IMG/VR virus record: IMGVR_UViG_3300030118_007055
Coordinates: 1 to 64,000 of that record
Source: a virus
Direction: 5' to 3' (one strand)
DNA: 64,000 bases
Under the pieces are notes generated by a model. It worked only from the letters and a program-made list of their open reading frames with translations. It searched no databases and was not told where the DNA came from. Position 1 is the first letter of the stretch. Every line of letters starts with the position of its first letter. Below are positions 44,969 through 54,512 of the stretch, in pieces. The translations under genes were made by a program, and so were the position numbers.

Positions 44969-46012
44969 TTACTTCGCCTTTTTTTTTTCTTTAAGAATTT
45001 CTTTATGGCGCTTCATGAACTGATCATGACTTCTTCCAGGCATATAGACGGGCTTTCCATCTTTACCTTTATGCATATGAATACCCTGCAAACCTAATTT
45101 TTTTGCATCTTTCATGGCCTCTTTAGCTGTAGGGAAAGAGTGATCCATAGGGTCGTCAGCAGCCTCTATTTTTTTCTTATGATGCATCCCAGCCTTAGTT
45201 TTTTCATCTTTGTGCATACCACCTTTCATTTTTTCCTTATCCTTGTGCATGCCGCCTTTCATTTTCTCTTCATCCTTGTGCATGCCAGCCTTAGTTTTCT
45301 TGTCCTCATGCATGCCACCTTTCATTTTTTTCTTGTCTCCGTGCATACCAGCCTTCATTTTCTTCTTATCCTCATGCATACCAGCTTTTGTCTTTTTCTT
45401 TTCATGCATGCCAGCTTTGCTTTCTTCATCTCCATCATGATAATTGGCCTCTTTTGTATCATAATGATGATTAGCTTTACCTTCCTCTTTCATTTTTTTA
45501 AGGATGGCCTCTTGTAAAGCTGGTGGCAACTTCTTTTGTTTTTCAGTAAGTTGGCCATTTGTATTTTCCATGAGCATTGGCCTATCCTTGCTATACTGAA
45601 CGCCACACGCTTTCATAGTATTATCCAAATTCATATCCTTGGTATCTATCATATCAGCGTCATTCATAGCACAATGACTCATATAGGATTTGAATATTTT
45701 AGTTTCTTTTTCGTCCATTTTATGACGATTAGATTTTGACTTTTCGTTATCGTGATAGCTAGCTTCGCTCATTTTAGTTTTTGGTTTATTAAAGTAAAAA
45801 AATAAATCTTCATCATCCCATGGACCTTTTCCATCTAAAAACTCATTTCCTACAGAAACAGAAGCTTTTTTGGATGCTTTTTCGAATTGTGATATGCAAA
45901 CAGCAACTCTTTGTTTATTATCTCCAAACTCCCCCTTTTCAGATAAATTAGCAACGCATCTACTCATAAAGTCAGAGCGTTTTTCTTTATCATTTGGCGT
46001 TGGAATTGGCAT
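44969..46012 (-). CDS. His/Met/Lys repeat protein (probable virion/late protein) with DUF3721-like C-terminal domain
   Basis: MPIPTP..FMSRC..QRVAVC; eight K(A/G)GMH repeats; EAMKDAKKLGLQGIH..YMPG; GTGTAA 13 nt upstream of ATG 46012. Confidence 0.7.
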   Translation of the reverse strand: MPIPTPNDKEKRSDFMSRCVANLSEKGEFGDNKQRVAVCISQFEKASKKASVSVGNEFLDGKGPWDDEDLFFYFNKPKTKMSEASYHDNEKSKSNRHKMDEKETKIFKSYMSHCAMNDADMIDTKDMNLDNTMKACGVQYSKDRPMLMENTNGQLTEKQKKLPPALQEAILKKMKEEGKANHHYDTKEANYHDGDEESKAGMHEKKKTKAGMHEDKKKMKAGMHGDKKKMKGGMHEDKKTKAGMHKDEEKMKGGMHKDKEKMKGGMHKDEKTKAGMHHKKKIEAADDPMDHSFPTAKEAMKDAKKLGLQGIHMHKGKDGKPVYMPGRSHDQFMKRHKEILKEKKKAK

Positions 46013-46037
46013 TTTGTATACAATATTACACAAAATA

Positions 46038-47090
46038 TTACTTTTTTGCACCTAAAATCGGCTCAGTCAATGATTTTAGAATGAAATCTTTATTATTTAT
46101 AAAAATAGGTATTTTTTTAAAATAATTTAAATTATTATGAAACTGACTTATGCACTCGGTAATGTGTTCGGCTCTTAGAAATTTTAAAAAATAAATCTCC
46201 CTTAGATACGTAGAAATTGTTTGTAAAAGTTTCTTTCTTACGGCGAATGCGAAAAAATTATTGAAATCTGCAAAGCTAGCATCTTTATAAGACTCTATAA
46301 AAGATTTAATCAAAAGGTTTTTTTGCGCCTCTGTTAAGCCCATTTCTAATATTAAATCGCATAAATCTATAAATGGGTGAAAATTACAAAAATTATCTAA
46401 TTTATCAAAAAAAATTAAATTTTCTTTTAAATATATAGAATTGGTGCTCATGTTACCTAAACAGGGTTTATAGCTAGATAATTCAGGCAGATGTTTTTCA
46501 AGATCTTTGGCTAAATCCTTATATATTTTTTCGAAACATTTATAATCACTGTTTTTATCTATATTAGCTTTGGTTTCAGTATCGAAATACGCAGTAAAAT
46601 TACACTCATCAAATAGCTCTTTTAAATAGCTTGTTTTACCTCTATTTACTTGTAAATCATCACATAAATATTGGTGAGTTTTAAATAAAGCATCTGAATT
46701 TTGTATGATAAAGGTTCTACCTAAATTTTTTAAAGATAAAGAATTTGGAAACTGAATAAGTGAGCAAACGATCTCCTCTGTAATTTGAATTTTTTTTAAC
46801 GTAATAAATTTGCCAGAGGCATAACCTTTAAGCTTTTTTAATATATTAGCCTCCCTCTTTAAATATTTGTCATTTATATCAAAAGATATTTTCAGTAGGT
46901 AAAATTTATTGTCAGAAGATGTTATTGAGTAAGTGTCATAATTTAGACAAGTATCAAAAAAATCTAAATTTTTAATATCTATAGAAGCGCCAAGTTTATC
47001 TAAAACTACGCGTAAAAACTTTTCAGATGAAGATTTAAAAGACGGGGTATTTATTATGTATGCTCTGTTATTAAATAAATTTATATTCAT
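46038..47090 (-). CDS. APH/choline-kinase-like fold protein, degenerate
   Basis: YLLKI...REANILKKL...CLGNM..NSI...HPFIDL; canonical HxD absent. Confidence 0.45.
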   Translation of the reverse strand: MNINLFNNRAYIINTPSFKSSSEKFLRVVLDKLGASIDIKNLDFFDTCLNYDTYSITSSDNKFYLLKISFDINDKYLKREANILKKLKGYASGKFITLKKIQITEEIVCSLIQFPNSLSLKNLGRTFIIQNSDALFKTHQYLCDDLQVNRGKTSYLKELFDECNFTAYFDTETKANIDKNSDYKCFEKIYKDLAKDLEKHLPELSSYKPCLGNMSTNSIYLKENLIFFDKLDNFCNFHPFIDLCDLILEMGLTEAQKNLLIKSFIESYKDASFADFNNFFAFAVRKKLLQTISTYLREIYFLKFLRAEHITECISQFHNNLNYFKKIPIFINNKDFILKSLTEPILGAKK

Positions 47091-47091
47091 T

Positions 47092-49533
47092 TTATGAACA
47101 ACATATACTTTTATTTTTAACTTTTAATTCTACTTTTTTTGCGTCACAATTTTTGATGAAGTGTTGAGATATTGGGAATTGAATAAATTTTTTAACAAAG
47201 CTTTTAATATCTCTAGCATGAATTTTTTTACTTTTTATTTCATTAAAAATAAATTTTTTAACATAGGGAGTTAGTTTTAAGATAATGCCCTTCATTTCTA
47301 ATTTTATTTTTAGATTATTTATCTCTTTGTTAATAATACTTAGATAAACAGAATCTTTTAAATCATTAAAACTTATAATTTCATCTATTCTTGAAATTAA
47401 TTCTGGCCTTAGATATTTTTTTAGAGCCTCACTTTCTAAATTTTTCGGTTGATCTTTATCTTCTAAGAAGCCCATGCTTCTTTTTTGTTTCTGTCGTTGA
47501 CCAATATTTGATGTCATTACGACTATGGTGTTAGTAAAATCAATTTTTCTATTCAAATTATCTGTTATATAGCCCTCATCTAGTAAATGCAGTAAAATAT
47601 CTAATATTTTTGGCTCGCATTTTTCTATCTCATCAAATACTACCACGCAGTTAGGGTTATTTCTTACGTGTTCAGATAATATGCCACCTTCTTCATAGCC
47701 AACATAGCCAGCGTTTGCACCAATTAGTTTATTTATGCTAGTTTTATCCTGATATTCGCTCATATTAAGTTGAATATATGATTTTTCACTACCAAAAAAG
47801 TATTTGGCTATATTTTTAGCAGTAAATGTTTTACCTACTCCAGTAGAACCTACAAACAGAAAACTTGATAGGGGTTTATTTTTATCTGATAGACCTGTTT
47901 TAGCGCATGATAGATTGCTATATATTCTTTCTAATGCGTCATCTTGGCCAAAAACCTCAGATTTCATATTTTCCATAAACTTAGAGAAAATATTCTTTTT
48001 TTGCATAATTGCTTTCTTTGATACGCCGCTTTTTTCACTAACTACATCTATTATATCATTTTCTTTAATTTTTCTTTTTCTACCCTTACCATTAGAGTTC
48101 ATAAATGTAGACATTGTAGTTATATAATCTTTTATGATTTCAGTAAATTTAGCCTCATCAAACTCTGAATTATCATCTAAATTTTTTATTAGGCCAGTAA
48201 AAGTCTCGCGAGCATCAATGACTTTATCTGAGTTTTTAAAATATTTTATCTTAGTTTTAGCTCCAACTTGATCAATCACATCAAAAGCCTTATCTGGAAA
48301 ATTTTTATTACTTAAAAATGTTTCACACAAATCTAAAATCAAATCTATTTCTTTTTCTTCATACTTAACACGATGAAAATTTTCGTAGTATTCTAAGGTA
48401 TTAATTATAATTTTTTTAGTATCTGATTTACTAGGCTGATTAACTAAAATTTTATCAAATCTTCGAGTGATTGCAGAGTCTTTCTCAAAGAATTTTTTGT
48501 ATTCTTGAAGGGTTGTAGCACCTATGCATTTTATATTACCGCGAGCTAATGCAGGTTTTAACATATTTGAAGCATCAACACCCCCCTCAGAACTACCAGC
48601 TCCAATGATAGTATGTATCTCATCTATAAAAAGTATAATATTGTCATCTTTAGAAACTTCATTTATCAATTGTTTAAATCTCTCTTCAAACTCTCCACGA
48701 TACTTTGTACCAGCTAACATTGAAGTTATATCAACTGAGTATATTTGCATTAATGCTAAATGACAGGGTACTTCTTGGTTTACAATCTTTTGTGCTAAAC
48801 CCTCTACTATTGCAGTTTTACCAACTCCAGCATCACCAATGAGAATCGCGTTACATTTATTTTTTTTAAGTAAAATCTCAATCAACTCATTGATTTCTGT
48901 GTCTCTGCAAGAAATTGTTGATGAATTTTCTGTTATAAATTTATGATTTAAATTAACGCAATACTTCTCTAATATTTGTATGCTTTTTAAAGTTTTTTTA
49001 GTGTCAATTTTTTCAAATGAAAAAACTTTTTTACCCTCTATGTGAAAAATATTTTTAACCTGATCTGTAGATGGTATTGATGTCTCTACAACATGAGCTT
49101 CTATGATTTCTTTAGCGTATTGAACCTCAACATTTTTTTGTTTTAAGAATTTTACAAAATCACCGTCCATGTCAAAAATAACGTACAGTATGTGCTCTAC
49201 TCCAATAAAATAGCTGTCAAAGTTGTCTGAAAAATCTTTAGCAAAAAATATCACTTCGTTCACCTCTTCGTGCCAACCTTCTTCATCAGTGTCATACAAA
49301 TCTTTTCTTTCTTTGCAGAACTGCTTGAATAATTTTAAAAATTCTTTTATATCTGGATCAAATCCAAAACTTTTAAGTTTTACAACACAACTATCAGATA
49401 AATTTACTAAACACCCATAAATTAAATGACTTATATTGATTAACTTATGGTTGTTAGATTGTGCAAAAGCTTTTGAATCCTTTATGCATTTCTTTGCTTT
49501 TGGAGTTAAATTGAAATCTGTTAAACCCATCAT
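47092..49533 (-). CDS. clpC: ClpA/ClpC-type AAA+ unfoldase
   Basis: Clp N-repeats, [47 protein letters not shown] loop. Confidence 0.9.
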   Translation of the reverse strand: MMGLTDFNLTPKAKKCIKDSKAFAQSNNHKLINISHLIYGCLVNLSDSCVVKLKSFGFDPDIKEFLKLFKQFCKERKDLYDTDEEGWHEEVNEVIFFAKDFSDNFDSYFIGVEHILYVIFDMDGDFVKFLKQKNVEVQYAKEIIEAHVVETSIPSTDQVKNIFHIEGKKVFSFEKIDTKKTLKSIQILEKYCVNLNHKFITENSSTISCRDTEINELIEILLKKNKCNAILIGDAGVGKTAIVEGLAQKIVNQEVPCHLALMQIYSVDITSMLAGTKYRGEFEERFKQLINEVSKDDNIILFIDEIHTIIGAGSSEGGVDASNMLKPALARGNIKCIGATTLQEYKKFFEKDSAITRRFDKILVNQPSKSDTKKIIINTLEYYENFHRVKYEEKEIDLILDLCETFLSNKNFPDKAFDVIDQVGAKTKIKYFKNSDKVIDARETFTGLIKNLDDNSEFDEAKFTEIIKDYITTMSTFMNSNGKGRKRKIKENDIIDVVSEKSGVSKKAIMQKKNIFSKFMENMKSEVFGQDDALERIYSNLSCAKTGLSDKNKPLSSFLFVGSTGVGKTFTAKNIAKYFFGSEKSYIQLNMSEYQDKTSINKLIGANAGYVGYEEGGILSEHVRNNPNCVVVFDEIEKCEPKILDILLHLLDEGYITDNLNRKIDFTNTIVVMTSNIGQRQKQKRSMGFLEDKDQPKNLESEALKKYLRPELISRIDEIISFNDLKDSVYLSIINKEINNLKIKLEMKGIILKLTPYVKKFIFNEIKSKKIHARDIKSFVKKFIQFPISQHFIKNCDAKKVELKVKNKSICCS

Positions 49534-49544
49534 AAATATTTACA

Positions 49545-52115
49545 CTATTTTATCTCAGATAACTTCATGTAGATCTTATCTTTTAAAGAATACATTTTTT
49601 CAATAAAAATAATATCCTCACCCAATCTACCATAAATTACGACAATATCTTCTTTTTTAGGTATTTTATTACCAGAATTTAAATAATTAGTTAATTTTTG
49701 CTCTCTATCAGAATCCATAAATAAAGCACTTATTAGCGCACTTTCATCTTGTAAATCTAATCTAACATACTTATTACCATTTCTGCTAGTTCTTTTTACA
49801 GAATCTGTTACAACACCTATAAATTTTAAATCTCTAAAAGCAGGAGACTCCTCATTAGATTCTATTTTGATTTGTTCAGCTGATACAAAGTCTTGAGATA
49901 AGTCAAAAATATCTTTTAATTTATGCGAATAACTGTACCCAAGCAATTTGTTTTCGAAAAACCAATTAGCGTATCTAAGATATTTTTTATTCATTTCATA
50001 AATATCTTTGTATGGACCATACTTTTTCTTAAAAGTCTGAAACCTTTTTTCAGTCATCATTAATCTGCCGTCATCACCGACAGACTTGCTAGAATATTGA
50101 TCATGGACTGCATTTAAAATATCAAAGTCATATTTTGCACCAAGCTCAATAAAATTACGCTTTTCTCTATCTGTTAATATATTAAACGTTTGAGCTTCAA
50201 GAACTAAACGGCATCTGTTTGAACACACAAAAGAATCTAATAATCCTGCTTGAATTAACGCTGATAAAATGCCTATGTTCATTCCTGCCTGTTTAGCAGA
50301 AACAAAAATGTCATATTTATTAGAAAAACTTTCTTCCCTAAAATTTAATAATGACTGTAGAACTTTATCAGAAACTCCTTTAATAGAATTTAAACCATAC
50401 CTTATATTTGAGCCTTCTATTTTAAAATCTATGTCCGATTTGTTTAAATCAGGTGGTAAAAGTTTAATGTTAAATGATGAAAGCTCTTGGGTGATTTTTG
50501 CTATCTCTTCATGAGAGTTTGGCTCATATTTTGCATATTTTAAAAGACTTAAAAAGAATTCTTTAGGATAATTAAACTTTAAATAAACTGTTATTGCAGC
50601 TAAATAGGCATAACTTATTGAGTGTGACTTATTGAAAGAGTAATTAGCTGAGTCTTCAGCCACTTTCCATAAAACTTTACCAATTTTTGGGTCTAAATTA
50701 TTGTCTTTTATTTTTTGTGTTATTTTAGCTTTCCAAGCTGGCATTTGCTCGGTTTTTTTCTTACCAATTATTCTTCTTAATTGTTCTGACTCATCTAAAC
50801 TAAAGCCAACTTTAACAGCCATTTTCATGAGCTGCTCTTGGTAAAGAGGTATACCGCCTGTATAGCTTAAAATATCGTCAAAAAACTCATGAACAGATGA
50901 AAAATCGCCTGTTCTAGCGTATGCTGCATAATAGTCTAAAAACTCTAAAGCTCCAGGTCTTGCTATAGCCACAACAGCAGATAGTTCCTCTAAACTTTTG
51001 GGGCATATTGTGCGACAGACTTTATAGTTTGTGTCGGCTTCAATTTGAAATAATCCTTGAGGAGATCGTAAACAAGATAAAGCTGCATATATTGATGGGT
51101 CGTGAGGATCTATGTCTTTTACATTTATTTTAAGCTGTTTGCAGACATCATTTACAACAGATAAAGTTCTTAAACCTAAAATATCAAACTTGACTGTTAA
51201 ACTAGCGACATCATTCATATCATAAGCTGATATTAGTGAGTCGTCATTAGTTAACTGTAAAGGCATGATATCCTCTAAATCAAAAAATGATATTGATATG
51301 CCTGAAGGGTGTACCCCTGTGTTTTTATTTAAACCCTCTAATTTTTTTGCTATGGCAAAAGCTTTTGCATGATTATCTGCATGCTTTTTAAAAGTTTCAC
51401 TCTCATCGCAAGCATTATTTAAACTTGCAACTTTACCAAAAGTTTTAGGTATGCTTTCACTAATTATATTGACATCAGTTTCAGAAAGCTCTTCAACTAT
51501 TTTACAACACTCTTTCATGCAAAGCTTACTGCTTAGAGTGTTCAATGTTAAAATTTTAGAAGTCCTACCTTTAAATTTTTTTTCAATGTATTCAATAACC
51601 TCAGATCTACGATCATAAGAGATATCATTATCAACATCAGCTAATAAGCTTCCATCTAAATATATTTCACCATTATGTTCTATTTTTTTAGCTCTGCTTT
51701 TAGATACAAATCTCTCAAAAAATAAATCATGCTCTATGGGATCTATGTCTGTCACGCCAATGACATACAGCACCAAAGATCCAGCAGCACTGCCTCTACC
51801 TGCGCCTACAGGAATATCATTCTGTACACAAAAATTTATTATGTCCCAGTTTAGAAGAACATAATCAATAAAACCAAGATCCTCAAAAATTTGTAGCTCC
51901 TCCTTCAGTCTATCATAGTAAATTTGAGCATTCTCTAATTGATCTATACCTTTTTGTTTTAGTCTATTAAAGCAAAGCTTTCTTAGGAACTGATAGTTAC
52001 CTTCCAGGTCTTTACAAGAAACCTCGTCGTAATATTTTTTTTCTATCTTGATCTCTGGCAATTTTACGCCAACTGGAAAAGGCGTTTTATATGGCTTATA
52101 ACTTGAAAGTTTCAT
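49545..52115 (-). CDS. dnaE: DNA polymerase III alpha catalytic core lacking PHP domain
   Basis: GRGSAAGSLV, FFERF, DVDND, HPSG, KFDILGL, YQEQLM, YSFNKSH. Confidence 0.93.
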   Translation of the reverse strand: MKLSSYKPYKTPFPVGVKLPEIKIEKKYYDEVSCKDLEGNYQFLRKLCFNRLKQKGIDQLENAQIYYDRLKEELQIFEDLGFIDYVLLNWDIINFCVQNDIPVGAGRGSAAGSLVLYVIGVTDIDPIEHDLFFERFVSKSRAKKIEHNGEIYLDGSLLADVDNDISYDRRSEVIEYIEKKFKGRTSKILTLNTLSSKLCMKECCKIVEELSETDVNIISESIPKTFGKVASLNNACDESETFKKHADNHAKAFAIAKKLEGLNKNTGVHPSGISISFFDLEDIMPLQLTNDDSLISAYDMNDVASLTVKFDILGLRTLSVVNDVCKQLKINVKDIDPHDPSIYAALSCLRSPQGLFQIEADTNYKVCRTICPKSLEELSAVVAIARPGALEFLDYYAAYARTGDFSSVHEFFDDILSYTGGIPLYQEQLMKMAVKVGFSLDESEQLRRIIGKKKTEQMPAWKAKITQKIKDNNLDPKIGKVLWKVAEDSANYSFNKSHSISYAYLAAITVYLKFNYPKEFFLSLLKYAKYEPNSHEEIAKITQELSSFNIKLLPPDLNKSDIDFKIEGSNIRYGLNSIKGVSDKVLQSLLNFREESFSNKYDIFVSAKQAGMNIGILSALIQAGLLDSFVCSNRCRLVLEAQTFNILTDREKRNFIELGAKYDFDILNAVHDQYSSKSVGDDGRLMMTEKRFQTFKKKYGPYKDIYEMNKKYLRYANWFFENKLLGYSYSHKLKDIFDLSQDFVSAEQIKIESNEESPAFRDLKFIGVVTDSVKRTSRNGNKYVRLDLQDESALISALFMDSDREQKLTNYLNSGNKIPKKEDIVVIYGRLGEDIIFIEKMYSLKDKIYMKLSEIK

Positions 52116-52744
52116 ATCTCTAAATCAAAAAGCTGTTTTTTAAATATTTTAAAATTCATCTCTATGTCATAAAGGGCATCATGAAGTTTTTTAGGGTCAT
52201 GCTTGATATTATAATGTTTTAATAAAAAACCCTGTGATGTTTTTAAGCCTCTTTCCTTGTAGTTTAAAAGTCTATATTGCCAGTTAATAAATTTATCATT
52301 GTTATATGGTATACTTTTAGCTATAGCAGTTGCTAAAGCTTTAGTATCTATGATTCTTTTTATATAACTCTGATCTAATTTTCTACCCATCGCTCTACGC
52401 CAGACATCAATCATATATACATCAAATCCAAGTAAGTTTTGACCGACTATCAAAGTATCTTCATCGTACAGATACTTAGAAAACTCATCCCATACTTGAT
52501 TTGGCGCTAAGCATTTAGAATAGTATTTTTTTTCTGAAAAACCTGTAACTTTAGCTGCCCCTTCAGATACATTTATATTAGGCCAATGTATAAATTTATC
52601 ATGCCTCTCTTGAATTTCATCACCTTTTACCACAAGCCAAGCGATTTGCCAAGGTCTTGATGTAATTAAATTCAAACCCTCCGTTTCAGTATCAAAAACA
52701 ATATATTTTTGATTTTTATTAAATCTTAGTAAGGTATCATCCAT
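52112..52744 (-). CDS. DEDDh 3'-5' exonuclease (epsilon-like)
   Basis: VFDTETEG, QNLLGFD, HDALYD. Confidence 0.88.
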   Translation of the reverse strand: MDDTLLRFNKNQKYIVFDTETEGLNLITSRPWQIAWLVVKGDEIQERHDKFIHWPNINVSEGAAKVTGFSEKKYYSKCLAPNQVWDEFSKYLYDEDTLIVGQNLLGFDVYMIDVWRRAMGRKLDQSYIKRIIDTKALATAIAKSIPYNNDKFINWQYRLLNYKERGLKTSQGFLLKHYNIKHDPKKLHDALYDIEMNFKIFKKQLFDLEI

Positions 52745-53456
52745 TTACGTACTCCTTAAAACTTTCAAAGCAAAATTCATTACTACCAAAATGATTCAAA
52801 TTTGGGCAACTTAATGTGGAGGGTCTGCCAAACTTCCTACCGCATATAATTTTATATGTCTGTAAAGCCTCTACATCATCTTTTTTTTCATACAAAACGC
52901 TTTTTACCAACTCTGTATCATATTTATCCTTACAATACTCAAAAACAGCTTGAGATATAATATCGTCAAATGGTAAATTGTTTTTCTCTATCCAAAAAAT
53001 AGGTTTAATTTTATTAAAATTAGGTATGCAATTTTTTAAGTATAATTGGTTTTGATATACAAAAGAATCGTAAAAAGGTATAACTAACTGCAAACTATCA
53101 TTATCCCATATTGTATTTAAATAATTAAAATCAACTTGACCTTTGTTACCTATATGAGCAAAAGAGTATATTTTATTTAACAACTTACAACCTTGATCGT
53201 TTTTTGCTAAAATTACAACTTTATGATCTGAATTATCATTTTCTTTTGATACGTCGTTGCAACAAGACACTCTCAACCCAAAAACTAGATGTATGTCATT
53301 TTGTTTTGTCAAGTTATGAGCTTTCACAAAACCAGTCATAGAGTCCTCAACTAAGACCAAAAACTTTTCATTAGTTTTTTTGTAAAGCTTTACTATGTTT
53401 TCTATAGTAAGAATACTTTTACCTATTGAATAATCTGACTTAAAAATTGGGGTCAT
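52737..53456 (-). CDS. stand-alone PHP domain of Pol III alpha
   Basis: KSDYSIGKS, LVEDSMTGFV, FGLR, ILAKNDQG; start 53456 lies 6 nt after TTGACA-16bp-TATATT. Confidence 0.8.
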   Translation of the reverse strand: MTPIFKSDYSIGKSILTIENIVKLYKKTNEKFLVLVEDSMTGFVKAHNLTKQNDIHLVFGLRVSCCNDVSKENDNSDHKVVILAKNDQGCKLLNKIYSFAHIGNKGQVDFNYLNTIWDNDSLQLVIPFYDSFVYQNQLYLKNCIPNFNKIKPIFWIEKNNLPFDDIISQAVFEYCKDKYDTELVKSVLYEKKDDVEALQTYKIICGRKFGRPSTLSCPNLNHFGSNEFCFESFKEYVNG

Positions 53457-53486
53457 GTAAAAAATATATGACCACATCATCAACTG

Positions 53487-54512
53487 TCAAGTTAAATGAG
53501 CAGGACAACCCTCATAATATTTTATTTCATATGTAAAATTTTCAGGTAATGATTTTTCATCAAAATCTTCTTCAAAAACAGATGAATGTAGATCGCCTTT
53601 TTCATCAAACACTTTGTAATAGAAAAAATCAAACTTCATAGGGCAATGCCATTTTGGATCGCCATCAATTTTTAATTCACCTTTTTTTGTAGCAAAACCA
53701 CATAAAAGTTTACCGCTAAATGACCCATCATTCGGAAAACCTTTATAGGCTGCGTAATTGCTTTTAGCGTCTTTTATAGTAAAATTATCTAAATATCTCT
53801 GTATTTCAGATAGTTGTAGCTCAAATCCATGCAATTCATCATTATCTAATGGTTTCATTTTTACAAGACCAGAATTATTAGAATTTTCATCTAAATCAAA
53901 CTTTAAAAACAAAAATTCACTAACTCTTGTAGAGTACTCAGGGAACATTTTTTTTACAGCTAAACTGTACATTAGGTCTTGAAGATTATCAGTGTAATCT
54001 TTACCTTTAAAAACTGATTTACTCGTTTTGAAATCTCTTATAATAGCAAATTTTTTTCTTTTATATAAAAACAGTTTATCTATGAAGCCTCTTATTTTAT
54101 ATTTTATATCGCCATTATTTTCTATTATTAAAAAATCTTTTTCAGAATAATCTTCAGTGGGTTTGCCTAGCTCTTTACCAAAAAAATCATAAGTTAAGCC
54201 ATTAAATATCATCTCCTTCATTAACTGCACGTTTTCATCATCAGAAACACCCTCTCTAACAGCATGTTTTAGTATTAGTTTTTTTATCGATGGGATAGAA
54301 AAGACATCTTGTGTTTTTATAATTTTATTAAAATATTTTTTTCTTTTAGGTAACCCTAAAACCTCAAATATTAAATGGCAAATAGACCCTCTTTTTGCGC
54401 CATCATTACTTTTATCTGGTAAATTTAATTTATATTTACACCAGTAAAGCCAAGAGCACGATTCAGCCGTTTTAATTCTGCTGGCAGATAAAGGTGTCTC
54501 AGGAATGTTCAT
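53487..54512 (-). CDS. PD-(D/E)XK RecB/Cas4-like exonuclease, probable Fe-S cluster
   Basis: LSASRI..C, RGSICH, RGFID, DFKT, QDLMY, three C-terminal Cys. Confidence 0.8.
   Translation of the reverse strand: MNIPETPLSASRIKTAESCSWLYWCKYKLNLPDKSNDGAKRGSICHLIFEVLGLPKRKKYFNKIIKTQDVFSIPSIKKLILKHAVREGVSDDENVQLMKEMIFNGLTYDFFGKELGKPTEDYSEKDFLIIENNGDIKYKIRGFIDKLFLYKRKKFAIIRDFKTSKSVFKGKDYTDNLQDLMYSLAVKKMFPEYSTRVSEFLFLKFDLDENSNNSGLVKMKPLDNDELHGFELQLSEIQRYLDNFTIKDAKSNYAAYKGFPNDGSFSGKLLCGFATKKGELKIDGDPKWHCPMKFDFFYYKVFDEKGDLHSSVFEEDFDEKSLPENFTYEIKYYEGCPAHLT

Noticed and set aside
45140-45739. Plus-strand hydrophobic repeat ORFs
   Set aside because: Antisense shadows of the KxGMH repeats.
53487-54512. Cas4 indicating a CRISPR-Cas system
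   Set aside because: Solo RecB/Cas4-like exonucleases are common in phage replication modules; no array or other cas genes.
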